Origin: Neocallimastix sp. 'constans'
Taxonomy: Eukaryota
Length of the DNA stretch: 64,000 nt
Direction of reading: 5' to 3'
Assembly (NCBI GenBank): GCA_050613775.1
Contig: JBODTK010000014.1
Coordinates: forward strand, 186,001-250,000
The notes beneath the pieces are model-generated. The model ran no database searches. It saw only the letters and a program-made list of their open reading frames with translations, and was not told the DNA's origin. The position numbers and the translations under genes are program-made. Positions 26,297 to 38,553 of this stretch are shown here, one piece after another; the stretch's first letter is position 1; the number at the start of each line of letters is the position of its first letter.

Positions 26297-28652
26297 ATAA
26301 ATATAAGAATTTATTTATTTGAAAAATAAACCATTTAGTTTTTACAGAAAAAAATTCTAATGAAATATAATTAAAAATAAGGATAATTAATAATAATAAT
26401 CTTAATGCTTTTATTTCAAATTTATTTATTTGAAAAGTAAAACATATAGTTTTTATAAAAAAAAAATTCAAATGAAATATAATTAAAAATAAGAATAATT
26501 AATAATAATAATTTTAATGTTTTTATTTCAAATTTAAAAATAAATGTTATATATAAAATGGTTGTAAAATTTCTTATGTATATTTTATATAAATTTAAAT
26601 AAATTAATAAAAATTTTTATTTTAAAAAAAATATAAAAACATATTATGGTATCATATTTAATAATTAATAAAAGTTAATATATGCAAAATAATTAAAATT
26701 TTTTTCATTTATAATATAAATAATTATAAAATTAAATATAATCAATAAAATTATATTCATATATATTACATATTTTTTAATATATTTTCTGTATAACAAA
26801 AAATAAAAAATAAAATATAAAATATATATTATAAATAATTTATAAATATAACAGAAAAAATATGTTAATTCTTTAGAGTATTTTATGAAAAAAAAAATTA
26901 TTCTCATTTTAATTTTAAAAAAAAAAAAAAATAAATTATTCTCATTTTAATTTTAAATTCTTTTTTCTTTATTAAATTACTTATATAATATAGTTTATTT
27001 AATTTTTAGTAATATAAAAATTAATCAAATAAAAAAAAAATTCGTATCAATAAAGTTTGAAAATAATTATTATATAATGAAAAAATAATATTTAGCTTTT
27101 AATATTTTTATTATATAAAGTTATTATAAATAAATGTATAATATTCAATATTGAATTTATTATATATATCAGTACAAATTTGGTATAAAATCTTTATTTA
27201 TATTCATTATTTTATATTATAAATATATTTTTACTAAAATAGACTATATAATTAGTATTATTCATTATTTTATATTATAAATATATTTTTACTAAATAGA
27301 CTATATAATTAGTATTAAGTAAAAATATTATAATACATTCATATTATTTCATAAAAAATGCCTTAAAAAATGCCTATCCATAAAATGTTTTTTAGTAATA
27401 ATAGTCTTAGTCATAATAATAGAAATAATCATAATAATAGAAATAATCAAAATAAAATAAATAATAGTAACTATAATAATATGAATGTATTATAATTATA
27501 ATAATAATAATTATAATAACTATAATAATAGTAATAAAGTTAATAATAATTATAATAATAATAATTATAATAACTATAATAATAGTAATAAAGTTAATAA
27601 TAATTATAATAATTATAATAATAGTAATAATAATAATAGTAATAATAATAGTAATAATAATAATATATATATTTTTTAAATATATAATAAAAAAATAAAA
27701 GAAATATAAAATTCGACTTCAAATTATAAAAATGAATAATTATTAATTTTTAAATTTAACTAGTTTATTTTCAAATTAAAAATTTAAGAGATAACAATAA
27801 TAATTATTTATAATTAACCTAAACTCATATTTATTATAGCGACTAATGAATTATAAATTTTTCAGACATTAAATTAATTATTATAAATAAAATTATTATT
27901 AAATAAATTATAAATATTTTGAAATAATTTTTATAGTTATTGAAAAGAAAATGTCATAATTAAATATTTTATTAAATTGGGTTTATAAAATATAATTTAA
28001 ATTATTATTAATATTTTCGAAAACTAACATTGTATATAATAATTTTTAATAAAAAATTTACCTATTTTATATATATATATATATTTATTTAAATTTTTTT
28101 TAATGCTTTTAAATGTTCATTCAATTTTTTTTAAATAAATTATTATATATATATATATATTTTACTAAATTGGTTTTAATAAATATAAAATTTTTAATAT
28201 TTATTCAAGTTTAAAATTAATAATAATATATTGAAAAAAGGAAATTAATAATATTGATTAATTAAAATTTATTTAATTAAAATTATTCCAGTTAAAAATA
28301 AGAAAAAAAATTCTTTTAATATTTATTATAGTTATTTTTTTAAATTAAAAGATTATTTATTAGCTTTCGAAAATATACTAATATTTATATTTTTCAAAAA
28401 CTAATCAGTCAATAGAAAATATTAATAATTTTTATAAAATAATTTTTATAAATGAATAAAAACAAAGTAAAAGAAATAAATATAGATAACTCGCTGGAAA
28501 ACTATTTTTTTTTAAAAGATTATTTATTATTTTATTCATATTCATAAAAACTTCTACTTCTATTTATTGGTTTACAATTATTAATAAATTTTTATTTATT
28601 ATTTTTCAATTTTTATACATAAAATTTTTAAATAATACATATTAGAATATAT

Positions 28653-29055
28653 TTCTAATAATATTTATTCTATATTAAATATTAATATTTCTAGTAATAT
28701 TTATTTGTTATTTAATATTAATAAGTATCGGTCGTATTTTATATAATCTAAATGAAATATTATTTAGATTATTTCCTATTAAAAAAATAAATTATTAATG
28801 CGGACTTAAAGTTAATAATTTTTAACATCTCATTAATTTATATGTTATTAATTAAAATATTTATTCTATAATAAATATTAATATTTCTAGTAATATTTAT
28901 TTGTTATTTAATATTAATAAGTATCGGTCGTATTTTATATAATCTAAATGAAATATTATTTAGATTATTTCCTATTAAAAAAATAAATTATTAATGCGGA
29001 CTTAAAGTTAATAATTTTTAACATCTCATTAATTTATATGGTATTAATTAAAATA
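28653..29055 (+). repeat. 2 x ~196-bp tandem duplication
   Basis: The cggtcg and gcggactt landmarks recur at 196-bp spacing (28729/28925). Confidence 0.85.
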
Positions 29056-29444
29056 ATTATTTAAAATTTAAAATCTAATATTGTATTTTATTTAGAGTTT
29101 ATCTTTTTATTATTTTTTTAGATAATTATACTTTTTTTCTTTTTTGGATAATACTAATATTTGATACTAATATGTATCTTTTATGTATAAAATTTAATAT
29201 TTGTATATTTCTTTTTATTTTAGAAAAGAGTAATATTTTTTATATATTAATATCTTTCATATATAATATTTAAAATTAGTAAATATCTTTTATTTATAGT
29301 AATTAAAATTAATAAGTATCGTTTATATATAATTATTCTTTCATAGAAATCTAATGAAGTTATAATGATTTTAATTTTATGAAATATATCTGAATTTAAC
29401 TAATTTCAATATACTTTTAGGTAAATTAATTACAATAAATTAAT

Positions 29445-30374
29445 CTACCACCAGTTGTGCCAGTTGTTATTATTGTAGTTGTTATTATTATTCCAGTTAT
29501 TCCATGGATTCCAATTGTTCCATGTATTCCATCCATTATTATTATTATTATTATAATTGTTATTATTATTGTAGTTATTATTATTATTGTTATTATTATT
29601 ATTATAAGCTGCATAATTAGCTCCATTATTGTCTGGTCCAATATAGACTTTGGCATATGGGAAATCGGCTGTACCACTGGTACCATATCCATTACTACCT
29701 GCTTCTCCTAAAATCTTGGCTTCATGTAAATTACCCATCATCATTCCAAGCTTTTCCCATTGTTGGAAATGGGCTGTGATATCAATAGTACCACAATCAC
29801 GTGGTGTTTGACGAATACTAAAGTATTGCGTGAATTGAGTATTACCATCAATAGATGGTCCATAACGACTGTTTTCATAGACTGTATATACGGCTCCATC
29901 AATAACAAAATCACCTCTCTTCTTATTTCCAACCCAATCTCCTGGACGATATGGACTAAGCCAATTATCAACAATATAATATTCTATAAGAGGATTTCTG
30001 GACCATCCATAAACTCCAACAAATGAATAATCTACATTTAAAATGTTTTGTTTAATAAGTTTAAAATCGGCATACATATGTCCAATTTGATTATGCTTTT
30101 TCGTACTATCAAAAGAAAGACCAGTACGACATAAATAATCCTTTGCATTTCTGAAAGAACAAGTAAATGAACCATCTGAATAGAAAGTAGCACTATTACT
30201 ACCACTATCAGCCCATAATTCATAATTAATTCCTCCAATTGATCCTACTTTATTATAATATTCTGTAACACTCTGACCAGAATGATAGTTATTTAAACAG
30301 AAATTTTGAGCAGCCACAAGTGAAACAGAAGCAGCTAAAGAAATAGTTAATGGAATAATTTTTTGAAATTTCAT
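29445..30374 (-). CDS. GH11 endo-1,4-beta-xylanase, secreted, Asn/Trp-rich tail, no dockerin; copy A; 309 aa
   Basis: Signal peptide; VYGWSRNPLIEYYIVDNW (nucleophile Glu), PSIDGNTQFTQYFSIR, TAHFQQWEKLGM, EAKILGEAG (acid/base Glu). Confidence 0.95.
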   Translation of the reverse strand: MKFQKIIPLTISLAASVSLVAAQNFCLNNYHSGQSVTEYYNKVGSIGGINYELWADSGSNSATFYSDGSFTCSFRNAKDYLCRTGLSFDSTKKHNQIGHMYADFKLIKQNILNVDYSFVGVYGWSRNPLIEYYIVDNWLSPYRPGDWVGNKKRGDFVIDGAVYTVYENSRYGPSIDGNTQFTQYFSIRQTPRDCGTIDITAHFQQWEKLGMMMGNLHEAKILGEAGSNGYGTSGTADFPYAKVYIGPDNNGANYAAYNNNNNNNNNNYNNNNNYNNNNNNGWNTWNNWNPWNNWNNNNNYNNNNWHNWW

Positions 30375-32996
30375 TTGGATTTTAAATTATTTTATATTTT
30401 TAATTATAAATAAATTTAAGGTTATAAAATTTTTTTATAAAATATAAAAAAAAAAGAACTATTAATTTTTAAAGGTATCTATTTTTTATGGTATCAATTT
30501 TTAATGGTATCTAGCTATTTAAAATGTTATTAATTATTATACTAACAACAAAATTTTTAAATAAACTGAAGAGTTAAAATTGAGAGAAAAAATTTAAAAT
30601 ATTTATACTTTTTTTTTCTTATAGTAATTTTACTATAATAGTAAAAAGATTACACTAAAAAAAAAAAAAGAAAAAAAAAATTAAAAAAATAATAAACCAC
30701 TTATAAATTAAAAATTTATTATAAATTAATACGCCTTTATTTTTAGATTGATATTAATATTAATATAAGTAGTATTTTTTTCATTATTTAATTCTATTTT
30801 ATTATTTTTAAATTAGAGAATAAATTTAATTTAATTCTACTTTTCATTTTGGTGGATAAAAGAATCCTAATTATTATAAAAATTTTTATATGAAAAAATA
30901 ATAAAAAATAATTTATTTACATTAAGTATTCCAAAAATACTTTCTTCTATAAACCATTTAATATATTTTTTATCATTAAATCACGTAATATATAAATATA
31001 TATATATAAATATATATAAATACATAAATATTCCAAAAATAATATCTTTCATACCCATTTCATATCATTTTTTAATTAACATTTTAATATATTACTAAAA
31101 ATTTTTTAAAAAATTTGTTATTTATTATTTACCCATTTAATAAATATTATTTATTAAAGGTTTAAAAAAAAAAAAATAACAAAAAAAGTAAATATCTTTT
31201 ATAATCTCTATATTTAAAAAAATTTAATTAAGGTGTTTTCTTTTTAATATATATTATTATTAATTTTAAACTAAAATTAATATTAAAATTTTTTGTTTTT
31301 AAAAAAATATAAATATATATATATATATATATAAATTTATATAATAATTCATTAAAAAAAGAAAAAGTCTTTAATAAATATATTTTAGATTAGGATTATA
31401 AAATATAATTTAAATATTTCAGTTATTTTTTAATTTAATTTATTCCCATCAGAAATATAAAAAAAAATTTTTTTAACTAACTATTGAAGATACTTTTTAT
31501 ATTAAAAGTTTAATTAATAACTTTCAAAAAAATACTTTAATAATTAATTGTAAATATCACTAATTCCACTTATATCTAATAATTAATAGTAAATACCATT
31601 AATTCTATTATTTTTAATTATATCAATAACTCATTAATTATTGAAATATATATAAATATAAGTAGAATTTTATATATATTTCATAAACTAATAAGTTACT
31701 TCTAAATACCATTAATTCTACTTTTATTAATGTATATTTCAAAAACTAATGAGTTATTAATATAGGTAAAATTAATAAATAAACTAATAAAAATAATAAT
31801 TTAACATAATTTTAATATTATTTATTTGATTTTAAATATTTATATATCTAATAACAAATATTTGTTATTATTTATTAACAAGTATCATATTTTATATCTA
31901 ATAATATATATTTGCTATTATTTATTAATAAGAATCATATTTTATAACTAGTTATATATATTTGTTATCATATATTAATAAGTATCATATTTTATAAAAT
32001 CTATATAAAATTTTCATTCAAGTTTTTTATAAAAAGGAAAATAAACTTTTAACATGAGCTTAATGTTAACAATTTTTAAAATCATTATTTCTAATTAAAA
32101 CTATAAAATAATATATTATTTTTAAAATCATTATTTCTAATTAAAACTATTTATTTAAATTTTTTTTAATGCTTTTAAATGTTCATTCAATTTTTATTTA
32201 AATTTTTTTTAATGCTTTTAAATGTTCATTCAATTTTTTTTAAATGTTTTTAAATGTTTTTCAATTCTTTTTAAATAAATTATTTTATATATATATATAT
32301 ATATATATATTTTTACTATATTGGTTTTAATAAATATAAAAATTTTTAATATTAATTCAAGTTTAAAATTAATAATAATATATTGAAAAAAGGAAAGAAA
32401 ACTCCTAATGAAATATTTATTAAAAATAAATAATAAAAGTTATTAACTTTTTTGTTATTTTTATTTTTTTGTAAACCTTTAATTAATCATATTTATTAAA
32501 TGGGTAAATAAAAAATAACAAATTTTTTAAAAAATTTTTATATAGTAATATGTTAAAATGATAATTAAAAAATGATATGAAAAAAAAAAAATTATTTTTG
32601 GATTATTTATATATAAGTAATTATTAATAAAAATTATATTAAATGATTTCTATAAAAAATTATTTTTGGTATAACTAATGTAAATAACTTTATAAAATTC
32701 TATTAATTTTTTATATATAAAATTTAATAATAATTATTATTCTTTTATCCACCAAAATGAAAGTAGAATTAAATTAAATTTAATCTTTAGTTTAAAAATA
32801 ATATAAATAAAATTAGATAATAAAAAAAATACCATTTATATTAACAATAATATTAATCTAAAAATAAAGTCATAATAATTTATTATAAAATTTTTTTAAT
32901 TTATGAAGTGGATTATTATTTATATATTTATTTATTTGTATAATCTATTTATTATTAAATCAATAAATATTTATTATAATAAAATAAAAAAAAAAG

Positions 32997-33138
32997 TATA
33001 AATATTTTAAATTTTTTCTCTCAATTTTAACTCTTCAGTTTATTTAAAAATTTTGTTGTTAGTATAATAATTAATAACATTTTAAATAGCTAGATACCAT
33101 TAAAAATTGATACCATAAAAAATAGATACCTTTAAAAA
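32997..33138 (+). promoter_or_regulatory. TATA-like box (32997-33004) and three 16-bp GATACC repeats upstream of GH11 copy B; mirrored at 30466-30607
   Basis: TATAAATA lies ~230 nt upstream of the ATG; GATACC at 33093, 33109 and 33125. Function is inferred only. Confidence 0.4.
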
Positions 33139-33229
33139 TTAATAGTTCTTTTTTTTTTATATTTTATAAAAAAATTTTATAACCTTAAATTTATTTATAA
33201 TTAAAAATATAAAATAATTTAAAATCCAA

Positions 33230-34159
33230 ATGAAATTTCAAAAAATTATTCCATTAACTATTTCTTTAGCTGCTTCTGTTTCACTTGTGGCTGCTCAAAA
33301 TTTCTGTTTAAATAACTATCATTCTGGTCAGAGTGTTACAGAATATTATAATAAAGTAGGATCAATTGGAGGAATTAATTATGAATTATGGGCTGATAGT
33401 GGTAGTAATAGTGCTACTTTCTATTCAGATGGTTCATTTACTTGTTCTTTCAGAAATGCAAAGGATTATTTATGTCGTACTGGTCTTTCTTTTGATAGTA
33501 CGAAAAAGCATAATCAAATTGGACATATGTATGCCGATTTTAAACTTATTAAACAAAACATTTTAAATGTAGATTATTCATTTGTTGGAGTTTATGGATG
33601 GTCCAGAAATCCTCTTATAGAATATTATATTGTTGATAATTGGCTTAGTCCATATCGTCCAGGAGATTGGGTTGGAAATAAGAAGAGAGGTGATTTTGTT
33701 ATTGATGGAGCCGTATATACAGTCTATGAAAACAGTCGTTATGGACCATCTATTGATGGTAATACTCAATTCACGCAATACTTTAGTATTCGTCAAACAC
33801 CACGTGATTGTGGTACTATTGATATCACAGCCCATTTCCAACAATGGGAAAAGCTTGGAATGATGATGGGTAATTTACATGAAGCCAAGATTTTAGGAGA
33901 AGCAGGTAGTAATGGATATGGTACCAGTGGTACAGCCGATTTCCCATATGCCAAAGTCTATATTGGACCAGACAATAATGGAGCTAATTATGCAGCTTAT
34001 AATAATAATAATAACAATAATAATAATAACTACAATAATAATAACAATTATAATAATAATAATAATAATGGATGGAATACATGGAACAATTGGAATCCAT
34101 GGAATAACTGGAATAATAATAACAACTACAATAATAACAACTGGCACAACTGGTGGTAG
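33230..34159 (+). CDS. GH11 endo-1,4-beta-xylanase, copy B; 309 aa, identical translation to copy A
   Basis: Same motifs as copy A; the alternative-frame ORFs in the track are also identical between the copies. Confidence 0.95.
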   Translation: MKFQKIIPLTISLAASVSLVAAQNFCLNNYHSGQSVTEYYNKVGSIGGINYELWADSGSNSATFYSDGSFTCSFRNAKDYLCRTGLSFDSTKKHNQIGHMYADFKLIKQNILNVDYSFVGVYGWSRNPLIEYYIVDNWLSPYRPGDWVGNKKRGDFVIDGAVYTVYENSRYGPSIDGNTQFTQYFSIRQTPRDCGTIDITAHFQQWEKLGMMMGNLHEAKILGEAGSNGYGTSGTADFPYAKVYIGPDNNGANYAAYNNNNNNNNNNYNNNNNYNNNNNNGWNTWNNWNPWNNWNNNNNYNNNNWHNWW

Positions 34160-34327
34160 ATTAATTTATTGTAATTAATTAACCGAGCAACATATTGAAA
34201 TCAATTAAATTCAAAAATATATCATAAAATTATTATTATTTAAATTATTATTAGTTTTTAAGATACCTTTTAAAAATAATTATTAATATAAACGATACTT
34301 ATTAATATTAAATATTACTATTATTTA

Positions 34328-34374
<47 letters not shown>

Positions 34375-36214
34375 AGAAAATTCTAAATAAAGATATCATA
34401 ATATATTATAAATTATTAACATCAAATGCGTTAATAATTTATTAACTATATGTAATTAATTTGTATAAAAATTTATATAAATTATATAAAATATGATACT
34501 TATTAATATTTAGTAATAATTAAAAATTATTAAAAATACTAATTTTTAATAATAAATAAATATTATCAAAAAACATTCGAATATGTATTATTTAAAAATT
34601 TTATGTGTGGAAATTAAAAAAAAAAAAAAAAAAATTATGTGTGGAAATTAAAAAAGATAAAAAAAAAAAAAATTCATGTTTGGAAATTAAAAAAAAAAAA
34701 ATAAAAATAAACATTTATTAATAATTTATAACCAATAAATAGAAGTAGAAATTTAAACGAATAAAAAGGAAATAATAAATAAACATTTGAAAAAAAGTAA
34801 ATTTATGAGTTATCTATATTAAATTTTAAATCCTCTGTTTTTATTTATTTATTATAATTAATTTTATTTATTATTAATTATTGATGTGTTTTCTCAAAAA
34901 TCTTATAATTAAACTTTTACTTTAAAAATAACTCCAATAATAGTTTTTGAAAAGAAAATGCCCTAATTAAATGTATTTTTAAATTGGGTTTATAAAATAT
35001 AATTTAAATTATTAATAATATTTTCGATAGCTAATATTGTTTATTATAATTTTTAATAAAAAATTTACTTATTTTATATATATATATTTATATTTAAATT
35101 TTTTTTAATGCTTTTAAATGTTCATTCAATTTTTTTTAAATGTTTTTAAATGTTCATTCAATTCTTTTTAAATAAATTATTATATATATATATATTTTTA
35201 CTAAATTGGTTTTAATAAATATAAAAATTTTTAATATTATTTCAAGTTTAAAATTAATAATAATATAAAAAGAAAACCCTTTAATTAAATTTTTTAAATA
35301 GAGAGATTATAAAAGATATTTACTTTTTTTGTTAATTTTAATTTTTTTAAACCTTTAATTAATAATATTTATTAAATGGATAAATATTAAATAACAAATT
35401 TTTTTTAAAAAATTTTATATAGTAATATGTTAAAATGATAGTTAAAAAATAATATGAAATGGGTACGATAAAAATTATTTTTGGAATATTTATAAATATT
35501 TATATAGAAATATTTATATATTAAGTGATTTAGTGATAATAAAAATTATATTAAATTGTTTATAGAAGAAATTATTTTTGGAATAATTAATGTAAATAAA
35601 TTTTTAATTTTTTATTATTTTTTCATATATAAAATTTAATAATAAATAGGATTCTTTTATCCACCAAAATGAAAGTAGAATTAAATTAAATTTAATCTTT
35701 AGTTTAAAAATAATAAAAATAAAATTAGATAATGAAAAAAAATACCAATTTTTATTAATAATAATATTAATCTAAAAATAAATTCATAGTAATTTATAAT
35801 AAATTTTTTTTAATTTATGAAGTGGTTTATTTTTTTATTTTTTAGTATAATCTATTTATTATTAAAGCAAAATTAGTAATATAAAAATTAATCAAATAAA
35901 AAAAAATTCGTATCAAAAAAGTTTGAAAATGATTATTATAATGAAAAAATAATATTTAGCTTTTAATATTTTTATTATATAAAGTTATTATAAATAAATG
36001 TATAATATTCAATATTGAATTTATTATATATATCAGTACAAATTTGGTATAAAATCTTATATTCATTATTTTATATTAATAAATATATTTTTACTAAAAT
36101 AGACTATATAATTAGTATTAAGTAAAAATATTATAATACATTCATATTATTTCATAAAAAATGCCTTAAAAAATGCCTATCCATAAAATGTTTTTTAGTA
36201 ATAATAGTCTAAGT

Positions 36215-36903
36215 TATAATAATAGAAATAATCATAATAATAGAAATAATCAAAATAAAATAAATAATAGTAACTATAATAATATGAATGTATTATAATT
36301 ATAATAATAATAATTATAATAACTATAATAATAGTAATAAAGTTAATAATAATTATAATAATAGTAATAATAGTAATAATAATAATATATATTTTTTAAT
36401 AATAATTATAATAATTATAATAATAGTAATAATAATAATAAATCAAAATAAAATAAATAATAATAATAGAAATAATCATAATAATAGAAATAATCAAAAT
36501 AAAATAAATAATAGTAACTATAATAATATGAATGTATTATAATTATAATAATAATAATTATAATAACTATAATAATAGTAATAAAGTTAATAATAATTAT
36601 AATAATAGTAATAATAGTAATAATAATAATATATATTTTTTAATAATAATTATAATAATTATAATAATAGTAATAATAATAATAAATCAAAATAAAATAA
36701 ATAATAATAATAGAAATAATCATAATAATAGAAATAATCAAAATAAAATAAATAATAGTAACTATAATAATATGAATGTATTATAATTATAATAATAATA
36801 ATTATAATAACTATAATAATAGTAATAAAGTTAATAATAATTATAATAATAGTAATAATAGTAATAATAATAATATATGTTTTTTAATAATAATTATAAT
36901 AAT

Positions 36904-36930
<27 letters not shown>
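36215..36930 (+). repeat. ~3 x 244-bp AAT-rich tandem repeat, related to 27415-27680
   Basis: atgaatgtattataatt landmarks and spurious ORFs at 36288, 36532 and 36776 (period 244). Confidence 0.85.
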
Positions 36931-36949
<19 letters not shown>

Positions 36950-37194
36950 TATATATATATATATATATATATTTTAAATATATAATAAAAAAATAAAAGA
37001 AATATAAAATTCGACTTCAAATTATAAAAATTAATAAGAAATAACAAAATTATTTATAATTAACCTAAACTCCTATTTATTATAGCTACTAATGAATTAT
37101 AAATTTTTCAGACATTAAATTAATTATTATAAATAAAATTATTATTAAATAAATTATATATTATGTATTAAAATTAAAAATTATTTCAAAATAT

Positions 37195-37323
37195 TTATAA
37201 ATATAAATATTAATTATTTATATAATAATTCATACAATATATTTTTGATAAAAAAAAAAAAAAAAAAAAAATATAAATATAAATATTAATTATTTATATA
37301 ATAATTCATACAATATATTTTTG

Positions 37324-37354
<31 letters not shown>

Positions 37355-37488
37355 CAATTATTTATATAATAATTCATACAATATATTTTGAAAAAAAAAA
37401 AACAATTATTTATATAATAATTCATACAATATATTTTGAAAAAAAAAAAAAACAATTATTTATATAATAATTCATACAATATATTTTG

Positions 37489-37528
<40 letters not shown>

Positions 37529-37712
37529 AATTATTTATATAATTCATACAATATATTTTGAAAAAAAAAAAAAAACAATTATTTATATAATAATTCATAC
37601 AATATATTTTGAAAAAAAAAAAAAACAATTATTTATATAATAATTCATACAATATATTTTGAAAAATATAAAAAAACAATTATTTATATAATAATTCATA
37701 CAATATATTTTG

Positions 37713-37744
<32 letters not shown>
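37195..37744 (+). repeat. ~9 tandem units, each ending in a variable-length poly(A)
   Basis: Core attatttatataataattcatacaatatattttg followed by A-runs of differing lengths. Confidence 0.85.
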
Positions 37745-37746
<2 letters not shown>

Positions 37747-38553
37747 AAGAATATTATTCATGAAATATAACTTATACTAATTAAAATGAATATTGAAGTA
37801 GTTAAAAATATCATTTATATTTAGGTTTTTAAAAAATTTTCTTTCTTTTATTTTAATATTAAAAAGATTAAAAATAATATAATAAAACAGAGAGTAGTGA
37901 AAATAAATATTTTTACTGATAAGACATACTTCTATACAATTTTTAATTAAAAAATACATATTTTTGTAAAATTTAAACAATTTTCAACTAAAAAAAACAT
38001 ATTTTTGTAAAATTTAAACAATTTTCAATATCACTTAAAGAGAAAAAAAAAAAGATTTTAAATTTTTATGTTATTTTATTAATTATTATATTAATATTAT
38101 TTCTAATTAATAATATTATTACATTTTATAATAAAAATCTTCTTTGCTTTTTATAAAATTTATAAGTACATATATATTTAATTTTAAGTACATATATATT
38201 TATTTATTAAAATAGTAATTCTTATTTAAAACTCAATAAAATAAAAAAAGATACATATCCTAATATAATAATATTAATAAGAACATAATATATATATATT
38301 AATATATATATACCAAAGTATTAATGATATTAAAAGCCTTTAAAAAAATAAAACCAAATAAAATATCCCTCTTATATTTTATCTAATTTAATCAAATAAA
38401 ATATAAGTCAAATATTTCATTAGTTTCAATAAATAATTTCTTCTTTTTTTTTAAAAAAAAAAAATATTCAATATCGTTTCATAGATATAAAATAATCTCT
38501 TAGTCTTATAAAATCAAAAACTATTAAATATAAATTATATCTTAAACGACTAT

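Noticed and set aside
29426..34178. Alternative-frame and antisense ORFs overlapping the GH11 genes, and similar ones at 8896, 18498, 25481, 45180, 46050 and 46384
   Set aside because: Shadow frames of real genes or of the pseudogene.
27485..36985. Asn-rich ORFs at 27485, 36288, 36532 and 36776
   Set aside because: Translations of AAT-rich tandem repeats with no coding signature.
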